A program made the translations under genes and the position numbers. Source: a virus (Duplodnaviria; Caudoviricetes). Taken from it: a stretch of 64,000 bases of DNA. The DNA is taken from positions 1 to 64,000 of IMG/VR virus record IMGVR_UViG_3300045958_000007; one strand, written 5' to 3'. This document shows positions 10,115 to 19,307 of this stretch, one piece after another (within the stretch, counting starts at the first letter, position 1; every line of letters begins with the position of its first letter). The notes beneath the pieces are model-generated. The model was not told the DNA's origin, searched no databases, and was given only the letters and a program-made list of their open reading frames with translations.

Positions 10115-10840
10115 TTAGCAACTGCTGGAGGTGAGCAGGCCGCCCGAGAAGGTTTCCGTACAGGTAGTGCCCGCGCTGTTCTTCATGGTCTGGCTGTGGG
10201 TGACCCCCGCCGCACCGCCGACGCTGAACCCGGTACTGGCGTTGATCGCGCCGGTGGCGTCGACCGGGTAGCCCGGCGAGGCGTTGCCTCCGAAGCCCAC
10301 GCGGCCCGTGGTGAGGTCCACCGTGAGGCTGCTGGTCCCCGGCCAGACGAACGTACTCCCGGCGGTCAATCCGTTGGCGTAGTCGATGCGGAACACGCTC
10401 CCGGACTTCATCAGCCGGGCGGCGGTGGTCGAGCGCGCCACGTAGGCGGCGCCGCTGTACTCCGCGTCCCAGAGCATCTCCTGGTCGTCCGCGGCCTCGG
10501 AAAGCAGGGCGAGTGCGCCCGCCGCGTTGGCCTGCAGCTTGATCTGGTTCACCCCCGGGGCCGCCGCCGGGTTCAGGTAGAGCGGCGACGCGCTGGTGAT
10601 GAGCCCTGTGCCGGAGGGCGTGAGCGTGACGTTCTGGTTGCTTCCGCCGGCGAGAATCGAGATTGCGCCCGACGACGCCGAGACGTGCGCCGGGGTGGCG
10701 TTCTCCATGAACACGAGAGCGTTGGGGATCGCGGCGTTGCCCCCGGTGAGCACCGGCGCGTGATTCGCCGCCAGCACCCCCAGTTGAACGCCGGCGAAGG
10801 CGGCGAACAAGACCGCCGCGAGAGTAAGGATCCGTCTCAT
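10115..10840 (-). CDS. Short fibre/needle-like protein with signal peptide
   Basis: ATG 10840 in ATGA overlap; MRRILTLAAVLFAAFAG hydrophobic leader; GRVGFGGNASPGYPVD fibre motif; ends CTETFSGGLLTSSSC. Confidence 0.55.
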   Translation of the reverse strand: MRRILTLAAVLFAAFAGVQLGVLAANHAPVLTGGNAAIPNALVFMENATPAHVSASSGAISILAGGSNQNVTLTPSGTGLITSASPLYLNPAAAPGVNQIKLQANAAGALALLSEAADDQEMLWDAEYSGAAYVARSTTAARLMKSGSVFRIDYANGLTAGSTFVWPGTSSLTVDLTTGRVGFGGNASPGYPVDATGAINASTGFSVGGAAGVTHSQTMKNSAGTTCTETFSGGLLTSSSC

Positions 10841-11358
10841 GCTGCCATCCCTGTGGTGTGCTGCCCGATTTGCACGTACTTGCCGCCCGAGAGCCGGAAG
10901 TGAAACGTCGTGATCGTGTTGGCGCTGGTGTCGATATCGGAGGAGACCCCCGAAAACCCGGTGCCCCAGAGGGGCGAGGGGGCGCCGCTGCCGTCCGGCC
11001 GCAGAATCACGTCGAGCGCGCCGGCGCCAGTCGTCGGGGCCTGAATCGTGGAGGACGTCGATTTGAGCACCTGGTCGATGAGCTGCGTCCCGAAAATCCA
11101 AACCCATCCCATCGAGGCCGGGGACTGCTTGACCTGCCACTGGTAGATCAGGCCTGTGTCGGTCTCGATCCAGAGGGTTCCGTTGGGAATCCCTTGCGTG
11201 TCGAGGGCCTTGCGCGATGCGCTCGTGCCGAACTGGACGATGCCCCCGCCGGTCGCGGCCGAGTCCCGCACCGCCTGATAGAAGAGGTACCAGTCCCGGC
11301 CGAAGAGCCCGTTTACGAGCGGCGGGTTCGATTGCTGCGGAACGATCGGAACGTCCAC
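10837..11358 (-). CDS. Tail protein at the gp26 (needle) position
   Basis: 173 aa directly after gp10-like gene; N-terminal PLV...RDWYLFYQAV; synteny. Confidence 0.5.
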   Translation of the reverse strand: MDVPIVPQQSNPPLVNGLFGRDWYLFYQAVRDSAATGGGIVQFGTSASRKALDTQGIPNGTLWIETDTGLIYQWQVKQSPASMGWVWIFGTQLIDQVLKSTSSTIQAPTTGAGALDVILRPDGSGAPSPLWGTGFSGVSSDIDTSANTITTFHFRLSGGKYVQIGQHTTGMAA

Positions 11359-11359
11359 C

Positions 11360-13513
11360 CTACGCTACCCCGGCCTCGTACTCGATATCGAGGTCGATCA
11401 GCATCAATTGATACTGGCCGGTGCCCGAGAGTCGGAATACCCGGTCGCGCGAGGCGCTGGTCCCGGCCCAGAAAACGCGCTGGCTGTAGGCTCCGGCCAC
11501 GCCGGCGCCGCCCGTCACCGGCGAAATCGGATAAACGAAGGTGTTGCCACGGTCGTCGGAGTAGTCCCGCGTGATGGTCGGCTGTATCGTCGCCGAGCTC
11601 GTGGTGCCGGTTGCCACCTCGAGCGTCATGCGTCCGAAAAACTGGAGGACGCCGGCGGCGTAGAAGTGCGGCAGGACGCGGATCCACTTCTTGTCTGCGC
11701 CGTTGTCGTCGAAGTAGTTGAGGTTCACCTCGTAGAAGCTGCCGGAGGCGAAGTCGCAACCAATATGCATCCCGGCCGGTCCCCACTCCGGGATGAAGGT
11801 GTGGAACCGCGGCACGTAAGACGCGAACGCCGATCCGGTCCAGGCCGCCCGCTGGTGCCAGATCGGCGTCCCCGCCTGTTGGCTCGCGGTTTCGTCGTAG
11901 ACGTATGTGTTCAACGCTCCCGGAAAGTTGATGACCCAGAACTGATGCCCGTCGTGGACTTCCGGGTAGGCGATCGCGCCCGATGGAGTATCGATCCCGG
12001 AGGCCCAGGCCGCCTCTTCGGCGTGCGTCGAGATGCGGGTCGGGGTGAAGCCGTCGATCCGGTACGCGATGGGCGTCCCGCGCGGGCTGCCCCCGAGGTA
12101 GTAAATCCTCTCGCTCATCGCCACCGGCGCGTAGCGCGCGACACTGCCCTCGCGAGCCGCCGCCCCGCTGATCCGCTGAAACGGAAACGTGGGGTCGCCG
12201 GTGTTCTGCCAGACTTCGCTTTCCTCGCTGCCGAAGATGTAGAGCTGCTCGTGGTCTGCGAGGACCGACTGGATGTAGTCGGGCGCCCCCTCTTTGGTCG
12301 CGAAATCGAGCGGGTCCCAGGTGGTGCCGTCGAAGGGGGCGGAGATGTTGAACTGGCCGCCGAGGTCAGCTCCCACCGCGGCGGTGTAGGTTACTCCCGT
12401 GAGCGTGCCCGGCGAAACGCTGACCAAGAGAAGAGTCGCACTTACGACATCGACCACCGTGTAGTTGAGCCCGGCAATCGTGATCTTCTGGGTTGGCACG
12501 ATCTCGTCGAACATGCTGCCGCTTACCCAGTTGACGGTCGTTCCCAAGGTGCTCACGGTGCCGCTCAAGGTCTGGAGCGTTGCCGTGAAGGCCGCGCCGG
12601 TCTGGGTGCCGGCGCCCCCGGTGAGCGTGATGCTCGTCGAGGAATTGACCGTCTGGATGTCGTATGCAATTCCGCTGATGACGATCTGCTGGCCCGCGAT
12701 CAGCCGCGCGAAGTTGTCCCCCGAGGTCCAGGTAACGGCCGTGCCGCTGGTCGACACGACGCCCCGGAGCTGCTGCGGCGGGCGCTGCACGATGAAATAG
12801 CTGTCGAGGTATGCCCCCGTTACCGCGGTCACGGGATCGCCGTAAGCGGCGGCGTAGGTCGCGCCCGTCTGCGTGCCGGCGCTCGCCCCGAGGGTGAGAC
12901 TGGTTGCGGAGTTCCAGGTGACGCTGTACGGCGTTCCGTCGATCAGGATGTAGCCGCCGTTCATGGACGACGGAAACTCATCCCCGGAGACCCAGGTAAC
13001 CGCCGTACCGGAGGTATTGACCGTGCCGCTGATCTGGAAGTGAGCGATGGCGGGGCCCGAGCCCTCATCGATGTAGGCGTAGCCGTTCTTGACGATCAAG
13101 AGCTGGTTGCCGTTGCCGAACATCTGCCCCGGGTAGCCGTCCGAGGTCGAGCCGGTAAGCTGCTGCTTGGTAATCATCGCCCCCGAGCCCGTGGAAGGGT
13201 TGCCCCCCACGTAAGAGCCGATGCCCAACTCCCACAGCCAGGAATTCCCGCCGGCAACGCCGTTGGAGTCGTCGGTGAGGACGAACAGCCGGCCTCCGCC
13301 CGACCAGGCTCCGCGGAAGACGTGCCCCGACGTGCTGCCGAGCGTGTTCACGTCGCCGATCTTGTGGTACCCGGGCGCGAATTCGAGGATGCCCTTGTTC
13401 TTGCCCTGCTCGTTGGGGTCGTCGATGAACTGCGGAATCAGGTTCATCGTCTGCTGGCAGGCAGCGGCCGGGTTGCGCAGGGTGTAGGACTGGCCGACTA
13501 AAGGGACTTTCAT
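11360..13513 (-). CDS. Tail hub/DNA stabilization protein, P22 gp10-like, with three inserted ~60 aa repeats
   Basis: MKVPLVGQSY..., TWDPLDFATKEGAPD, IFGSEESEVWQNTG, ISTHAEE, SDDRGNTF, QRVFW...SRDRVFRLS. Confidence 0.85.
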   Translation of the reverse strand: MKVPLVGQSYTLRNPAAACQQTMNLIPQFIDDPNEQGKNKGILEFAPGYHKIGDVNTLGSTSGHVFRGAWSGGGRLFVLTDDSNGVAGGNSWLWELGIGSYVGGNPSTGSGAMITKQQLTGSTSDGYPGQMFGNGNQLLIVKNGYAYIDEGSGPAIAHFQISGTVNTSGTAVTWVSGDEFPSSMNGGYILIDGTPYSVTWNSATSLTLGASAGTQTGATYAAAYGDPVTAVTGAYLDSYFIVQRPPQQLRGVVSTSGTAVTWTSGDNFARLIAGQQIVISGIAYDIQTVNSSTSITLTGGAGTQTGAAFTATLQTLSGTVSTLGTTVNWVSGSMFDEIVPTQKITIAGLNYTVVDVVSATLLLVSVSPGTLTGVTYTAAVGADLGGQFNISAPFDGTTWDPLDFATKEGAPDYIQSVLADHEQLYIFGSEESEVWQNTGDPTFPFQRISGAAAREGSVARYAPVAMSERIYYLGGSPRGTPIAYRIDGFTPTRISTHAEEAAWASGIDTPSGAIAYPEVHDGHQFWVINFPGALNTYVYDETASQQAGTPIWHQRAAWTGSAFASYVPRFHTFIPEWGPAGMHIGCDFASGSFYEVNLNYFDDNGADKKWIRVLPHFYAAGVLQFFGRMTLEVATGTTSSATIQPTITRDYSDDRGNTFVYPISPVTGGAGVAGAYSQRVFWAGTSASRDRVFRLSGTGQYQLMLIDLDIEYEAGVA

Positions 13514-13719
13514 CGGGGTCGGGGTTCGATCGCGGGCCTGAGCAAATCGAGGGGCCTCGGCTCAAAGTTCAGGTGCGGCCGTAGCCGATCAAGAATGGCC
13601 GCGCGGCGCTCGCGGGAAAACTGCCGCAGCATCCGGTCCAGATGCTCCTGGGTCGGCGCGTGCCTCCGCGCCGCGTACTGCGCCTTCATCTCGGGGGTGC
13701 GATGGGGGATCCGGGGCAT
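13510..13719 (-). CDS. Small basic hypothetical protein, paralog of 21523..21834
   Basis: LDRML...ILDRLRPHLNFEPRP; coupled to neighbours. Confidence 0.55.
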   Translation of the reverse strand: MPRIPHRTPEMKAQYAARRHAPTQEHLDRMLRQFSRERRAAILDRLRPHLNFEPRPLDLLRPAIEPRPR

Positions 13720-14244
13720 TTACTTCTGGCGCTTGCGCGGCGTTGCCGCCGCTTCGGCGGTATCGCCCTCGGCCGTGGCGGGCTGTTCCGGCTTCGCCGC
13801 GGCGAGCAGCTCGGCGCGCAGGTCTTCGATCTGCGCCGCGGCTTCCTTGGAGCGCAGCTTTTCGGCCGCTAGTTCCTTCTGCAGTTCCAGGATCTCCGCG
13901 ACCTTCTCGGCGCCGTAGTTCTCGAGCGCCCGGAGTTCGCGCTGCATCTCCCGCTGGAGATCGGCGTACTTCGCCTTCCACTCCTCGCCCGTCAATTCCT
14001 TGGGCGGGGCGGCCGGCGCCGGCGGAGGCGGCGGCGGAAACTTCGCGTACTCCGGCCCGAGGGCGGCGTCCTCTTCGGCGTTCTGGACGGTGACGGAGCT
14101 TCCGTCCTCGTGATACCGGGTGGCGGGATACGGCCGGTGCTTGTACGGCTCGGGCCGGCCAGGGCGGACCGGGGCGAGGACCGCACCGCGCATCTGCGGG
14201 GTAATGATGAGCCGGGTCTTCTGCTGAATAGGGGTATCGCTCAT
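13720..14244 (-). CDS. Hypothetical coiled-coil virion-module protein
   Basis: 174 aa; YPATRYH...VTVQNAEEDAALG then coiled coil. Confidence 0.55.
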   Translation of the reverse strand: MSDTPIQQKTRLIITPQMRGAVLAPVRPGRPEPYKHRPYPATRYHEDGSSVTVQNAEEDAALGPEYAKFPPPPPPAPAAPPKELTGEEWKAKYADLQREMQRELRALENYGAEKVAEILELQKELAAEKLRSKEAAAQIEDLRAELLAAAKPEQPATAEGDTAEAAATPRKRQK

Positions 14245-14261
14245 AACTTTTGCAATAACGG

Positions 14262-14304
14262 AAAAATCGGGGCGGCGGCGCCTCGAAACGGGAGCCGCCG
14301 CCCC
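14262..14304 (-). terminator. Intrinsic terminator after coat/decoration genes
   Basis: 11-bp stem ggggcggcggc/gccgccgcccc followed on minus strand by a T5 tract. Confidence 0.75.
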
Positions 14305-14329
14305 ATGGCTGAGGAGGAGAGAAGGGGCC

Positions 14330-15283
14330 TCAGTAAACCAGCATCACGGGCCCAACGCTGGCCGTGAAGGTCGTAGTCGGAGTGATCGCGGCCAGGGTGC
14401 CGAACGTGCCCGTCTGCGAGCCCGTCCCGTAGTTGGTGGGGGCGCCGGCGGTGGCGTAGGCCTGGAACGTGTCGGTGGTGCCGTTCCCCTGGAGCGCGAT
14501 GAAATAGGTCTGCGGACCCACCACCCGCACCGTCGAAGTGAAGTTGATGCATTGGTACTTCGAGGCGGTGGCGGTGGTAGTTCCGGCGGTGGCGGTATTC
14601 GCGATCAGGGCTCCCGAGGAGTCGTAGAGCGCGAAAATCCACTTATCGGTGGCGACCGTCGCACCGTTCAGCACGCACGCGCCCGTGAGGGTCGCATCGT
14701 TGCCGATGTTGAGCTGGGAGAACCAGATCTTACCGGCCACGTCGGTCACGGAGGCGTTACTGATGGCGGTCGGCGGAACGAAGGTGGAGAACGCGGTAAA
14801 CGGCTGCGTCTGGAGCTCCGGCAGGTGGCCGTGCTGCCACGCGCCGGCCACGCAATAGTTCCAGTGGCCGGTGCGGACGTTGAGCCGCGGGTTGTTGACG
14901 AGCGCCGAGGCGGTGCAGGCGCCGGAGGCGTCGTTCGGGCCGTTGTCGAAATAGCCCGGAGGCCCGAAGTAGACGAGTTCGCCGACGAGGTGCGCGGTAC
15001 GCATGCTGCCGTTCTGGCCGCGGCGGACGGTCCAGATGTTGCCGGTGACGTTGGCGACGACTTCCATGTATTCCCGGCCCACGAAGAGGCCGGTCATGAC
15101 CTGGTTGTTGGTGCCGAGAGCCGCAACGCTGATGGTATTGGGCGAGCCGCCGGTGGAGGCCGAGAGCACGATCATGGTGTCCTTGGCCGACATGGGGGAG
15201 GCGATGGTGACCTGCGGGGTGACTTCCTGCGCGAACGCGAAAGCCACCAGCAGAAGAGTGGAGGCAATCAGTTTTTGAAGCAT
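14330..15283 (-). CDS. Probable capsid decoration/accessory virion protein with Sec signal peptide
   Basis: First gene after coat; MLQKLIASTLLLVAFAFA-QEV; module EYMEV...TVRRGQNGSMRTAHLVGELV shared with tailspike N-terminus. Confidence 0.6.
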   Translation of the reverse strand: MLQKLIASTLLLVAFAFAQEVTPQVTIASPMSAKDTMIVLSASTGGSPNTISVAALGTNNQVMTGLFVGREYMEVVANVTGNIWTVRRGQNGSMRTAHLVGELVYFGPPGYFDNGPNDASGACTASALVNNPRLNVRTGHWNYCVAGAWQHGHLPELQTQPFTAFSTFVPPTAISNASVTDVAGKIWFSQLNIGNDATLTGACVLNGATVATDKWIFALYDSSGALIANTATAGTTTATASKYQCINFTSTVRVVGPQTYFIALQGNGTTDTFQAYATAGAPTNYGTGSQTGTFGTLAAITPTTTFTASVGPVMLVY

Positions 15284-15357
15284 GTTGATGGGTTTTCCTT
15301 TTTAGCTGGATGGGGAGGCGGCTAAACGCCGCCGCCCCGTCTTTGGTTTCGCGGGAA

Positions 15358-16614
15358 TTAGCCGCAGATGCGCACGCCCCAGTCGCCGCGCTGCGCAACC
15401 CAGCCGAACATGATGTCGCAGCGGGTAGCAAAGATGTCGTTCACGATGTCGTACTGGGACACCGTGCGGATCGACATCCCGGTGGCGGGATCGGTGGCGC
15501 GCTTCGCCATCTCGACCGCGCGGGGCAGGTCGAGCGGCACGCAGGCCCAGGCGTAGGCTTCCTTGTGGAAGGCCATCGCCTGCGGGGTCAGCGTTCCGGC
15601 GGTGCCGAACAGGGTCAACGCCGCGCCGGAGAGCGGAGTCGTGTTGCAGGTGGCATACGGATTCGGCAGGCCGTTGTTGTTGGTGCCGACCGCGATCGCC
15701 GGGTAGATGGGCACCACGCCGTTGCCCGAGCCGTCCGCGTTCACCGGAGCGGTGACCACGAACTGCCGCAGATCGCTCAGGGTGTCGCCCGAAACCGGGT
15801 TCACCGCGTAGATCGGGGTGCCCCCGACGCCGAGCGTGAACACGTCGCCGGCGTTATAGACGTTCTGCGCGTTGGGGGTGAGGCCGTTGATGACGAGGGC
15901 GCTGCCGGTCTGGCCCGCGCCGTTGACGACCGGGGTGCCCGCGCCCGAGCCGATCGTGTGGGTGCGGATGTTCTGGGCGAGCAGCCAGTCGAAGCCGGCG
16001 CCGGTGCCCATCCGCCCTTTGAGGTACTGCTTTTTGATCTGCTCCGAGCTCTGGAACAGGCCTTTCAGGGTATCGATGATCTGGGTCTGGAACTTCGACG
16101 CGATCACCATGTACCGCTGCTCGTCGATCGGCGCCGAATTGCGGTCCAGGGCCTCGAGAGCGGAGAGGTACGTCTGGAAGGCGGTCGAGCCGTTGGGCAC
16201 GCTGCCGGGGGTGCCGACCACGTTCGGAGTAGCCTGGTAGGCCACGGTGAGGCCGACCACTTCGGCGGCGTTCGACAGCGCGATCGCCGCGCCTTCGATG
16301 TAGCGTTCGCCGATGCGGTCGATCGAGAGCGTCTGTTCGGCCGAGGTGAAGCTGAAAGCGGTGTGCTTGCGCTGGTTGATGACCAGCGGGATTTTCCGCT
16401 CTTCGACGTCCTGGATGACCAGGTTGGCGCCGTCGACGGCAGCGAATCGCACCGGATCCCGGAGCGAAAGGGTGTCGCCGATCTTGGCGCCCGGTTTGGC
16501 GAAGTGCTCGGACCAGTCTTCGTGGTGAACGGCTTTGGCAAAGCCGAGGTTGTTTTGGAAGCGCCGCAGCAGTTCGTTGGTGATGATCTGCGGCGTAAGA
16601 ATCGTATTGGACAA
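15358..16614 (-). CDS. Major capsid protein, P22 gp5-like
   Basis: 418 aa; MSNTILTPQIITNELLRRFQNNL, KIGDTLSLRDP, AFHKEAYA, TRCDIMFGW. Confidence 0.9.
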   Translation of the reverse strand: MSNTILTPQIITNELLRRFQNNLGFAKAVHHEDWSEHFAKPGAKIGDTLSLRDPVRFAAVDGANLVIQDVEERKIPLVINQRKHTAFSFTSAEQTLSIDRIGERYIEGAAIALSNAAEVVGLTVAYQATPNVVGTPGSVPNGSTAFQTYLSALEALDRNSAPIDEQRYMVIASKFQTQIIDTLKGLFQSSEQIKKQYLKGRMGTGAGFDWLLAQNIRTHTIGSGAGTPVVNGAGQTGSALVINGLTPNAQNVYNAGDVFTLGVGGTPIYAVNPVSGDTLSDLRQFVVTAPVNADGSGNGVVPIYPAIAVGTNNNGLPNPYATCNTTPLSGAALTLFGTAGTLTPQAMAFHKEAYAWACVPLDLPRAVEMAKRATDPATGMSIRTVSQYDIVNDIFATRCDIMFGWVAQRGDWGVRICG

Positions 16615-16620
16615 GGGGAC

Positions 16621-17733
16621 TTACCTTTTCTTGAGCTGCGCCTCCCGCGCTTTGACCCACTTGGCGTAATCGTTGGCGTCCTGGTCCGACATGGGATCGG
16701 CTTGAGGGGCTAATGGTCTTCCGCCGAGGTGGGCGGGAGGGCGCGAGGCGCGCGATGGCTGTTGTTTCGGTTGCGGTTTTGGGGCAGGCTTCGGCGCTGC
16801 GGCTCCGGGCTTGGCGGCGCCCTTATCGGCGGCGGCGCCCTTGGCGGGCGGCGCAATCCGGGTGCGGATCTCTCCGAGCAGCATGCCGGCGCGGGCGAGG
16901 GCGACCCCCCATTCGCGCTCGTTGGTGGCGAGCGTCGAGCGGGCGATCTTCTCGGACTCCTCCGGGTGCTGGCCGAGGTAGTAGGCGATCTCGGTGCCGG
17001 CTTCCGGGTCCATGCGCATCACGGACTCCATGGCGGCCGAGATCTTCACCGCGGGATTGGCAACGACCTCGTTGTAATCGGCAAACCTTGCGGCGGCGCG
17101 ATTCCATTCGGCCTGCGCGGAAGTCCGCGCGTGCTCTTCCTCGAGGGCCTGCTTCTGCTTCGCCAGGGCGGCGGCTACCTTGCGCTCGGTGAGCGCCTGG
17201 TTGTAGGCGTCGAGCGCCTCCTCGTACTGGTCCCAGGCGGATTTCTCGTCGGTGTCCTCGAAGTCCCGTAGCATCGGGCGGGCGAGCGGCTTGTCCGCCT
17301 CCTCGTCCACTGTTTCCGTGGAGGACGCTGCTTCCTCCGTAGCTTCCTCTCCCTCCTCCCCTCTGGTGAGGGCATCGAGGCGGGATTGGAGCTCCGCGAT
17401 TGTGCCGGTCAGCTTCCGCATGCGCCGGGCGAGGCGCTTATCCTTCTCGGGCTCCTGTTCCTGGGCGGCCTGTACTTCTTCCTGCTCCGCTTCTCCCCCG
17501 GGCTCCGACTCCGTGGCGCTTTGGCCCTCCCGGATTTCTTCTTCTTCCTCGGAGGACTCGGATGGCGGCGTGACTCTGGCGCCCGCCGCGGGCGCTTCTT
17601 CTTCCTGCTCTTCGGCCTTCGCCGGCACCTCGCCGGTCTCGCGGAAAGCCACGAAGGATTCGTAATCCTCCGGGATCTCTACATAGTCCTGGTCGGTCTG
17701 GGCGACGAGGGCGTCAGTTAGTTCGGACTGCAT
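16621..17733 (-). CDS. Scaffolding protein
   Basis: Acidic N-half, PLARPMLRDFE, C-terminal DYAKWVKAREAQLKKR; directly upstream of coat. Confidence 0.75.
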   Translation of the reverse strand: MQSELTDALVAQTDQDYVEIPEDYESFVAFRETGEVPAKAEEQEEEAPAAGARVTPPSESSEEEEEIREGQSATESEPGGEAEQEEVQAAQEQEPEKDKRLARRMRKLTGTIAELQSRLDALTRGEEGEEATEEAASSTETVDEEADKPLARPMLRDFEDTDEKSAWDQYEEALDAYNQALTERKVAAALAKQKQALEEEHARTSAQAEWNRAAARFADYNEVVANPAVKISAAMESVMRMDPEAGTEIAYYLGQHPEESEKIARSTLATNEREWGVALARAGMLLGEIRTRIAPPAKGAAADKGAAKPGAAAPKPAPKPQPKQQPSRASRPPAHLGGRPLAPQADPMSDQDANDYAKWVKAREAQLKKR

Positions 17734-17813
17734 GCGTTTGGGTGTTTCTCCAATGCGGGGATGTTCGCGGCGTACAAAGCCCACCGCTGGGCGGGTACTG
17801 CTGAAGTCGTGAG

Positions 17814-19299
17814 TTATGCGGCCTGGGCAATCTCAGGCGGAGGTGCGCAAGGCATGATCGAGCGTGCAATAAGCAAGCGCCGCAACAAGCGGCACGACGC
17901 CATTTCCCAATGCGCGTAGTCGGTCGACGCGAGAGCCTCCATGCTCGTCCACCCGACCGGCACGCCCATCAGATGCTCGACAAATCGCGGGTTCAAGATC
18001 CGGGGCGAGCAGGAGCAGCCGACGCCATGCTCCGAGGTCGGCGGGGCCGGGAGGGAAAACCGGGATATATCCTGTTTCAAACAATGCCGGCGTTTCGGCG
18101 ATCCCGCGCTTTCGGCCTCCTGCGCGGTGGGCGTCGACCACTGCCCTGCCGTCTCGCAAAGCGGCCTCGCGTTCCTGCGCTTGATCTTGTCCGTGACGGC
18201 TGAACGGTAGTCCTTCGCCTGCGGAGTCGGCCATTCCTTCACATGCCACTGCAGGTTGCCGCCCCGGTGTTTGGCCGTGTTCGGCCTCTGCGGGCCGCTC
18301 ATCGCTCCGACCGTATGGGTTGGCCAGAACCGCGCCTGCTGATCCAAGCCCTGCTCGTCCCTGCGCTCGCCGCCCCGCGAGCGAAATGAATCGGTGGCCG
18401 GGGTCTGCCAGCGCATCACCTGTTTGGCGAATTCCCCGCCGCCCCCGGCCGTCTTCCCGCGCTTGTCGGTGTTCTGGAAGCCGTGCGGAGTTTTCCAGGT
18501 TGCCGCTTCCTCCGCCAGAATCTTGCCGCCCGTTCCCGGCTTCCGCGTGCTCATCCGCACTCCCTGCGCCGTAACCGTAGGCCAGGTTTTCGCGGCCATC
18601 GCTAACGGCACCCCGCAGCCGTTGCCGTTGTAGCCTTTGGCTTTCATGGCGGCTTTCCGCTTCAGCCACGTCTCGGGCTGCTCGCCGTCCTGCGAGATGG
18701 CCGCGTCCGGGCTGGGCCAGGTCCGCGCCGCGCCCGTCAGCGAATCCTGCGCCCCCGGATGATTCCCGGCGCTCTCCGCGTCCTCCGCCCTCGCGCTCGG
18801 CCAGGCAGAAGAGCCGCCGGGCGCCGGTGGGGGCCCCCGACTTCTGCCGCCGTAAAGAGTCCCGCCGCGCACCTGTAACCCAGGCGTCGTAACTCGCACG
18901 CGACTTCAAAGAATCCGAGTCGAGCATGGGCGTCCACGTTTTCGAGGAAGACCCTCCCGGGCTGGCATTCCCGGATGATCCGGGCGACGTGCGGCCAGAG
19001 GTGGCGCGGGTCCTTTTCGGCCCGCTGTTTTCCGGCGCAACTGAACGGCTGGCACGGGTAGCCCGCGCAGAGGATATCGACCTTTCCCTTCCAGGGGCGG
19101 CCGTCGAACGTCTTAACGTCGCTCCAAATTGGCGCAGGACGGAGGGATCCGTCTTCAAAGCGCGCAACCAGCCTTTGCGCGACAGTGATTTCCCTTTCCA
19201 CGTAGCAGACGGTTCTAACTTCGCCGCAAGCGAGTCGTAATCCGAGGTCGATGCCGCCGTATCCGGCGCAGAGGGAGAGGACGGTAGGTATATCCACAC
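17814..19299 (-). pseudogene. Alternative-frame methyltransferase beta chain (motif IX-like), split by the same extra base
   Basis: GTG 19299 MWIYLP... joins ...GGSSAWPS...LNPRFVEHLMGVPVGWT after removing one base (494 aa). Confidence 0.6.
17833..19297 (-). pseudogene. C5-cytosine DNA methyltransferase alpha chain (motifs I-VIII and X) split by one extra base near 18819-18821
   Basis: GTG 19297: LSLCAGYGG, AGYPCQPFS, LENV, GGPHRR then +1 shift to RLFCLAE...RLRALGNGVVP; removing one base gives 487 aa. Confidence 0.8.
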
Positions 19300-19307
19300 G
19301 GGTTCGG

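Noticed and set aside
11408-13501. 697-aa plus-strand ORF (also 15310..16713, 28685..30370, 60245..61867)
   Set aside because: Each mirrors a well-supported minus-strand gene; expected in high-GC DNA
18810-18830. Programmed ribosomal frameshift in the methylase
   Set aside because: No recognisable slippery heptamer or stimulator; one extra base fixes both frames, so an indel is simpler
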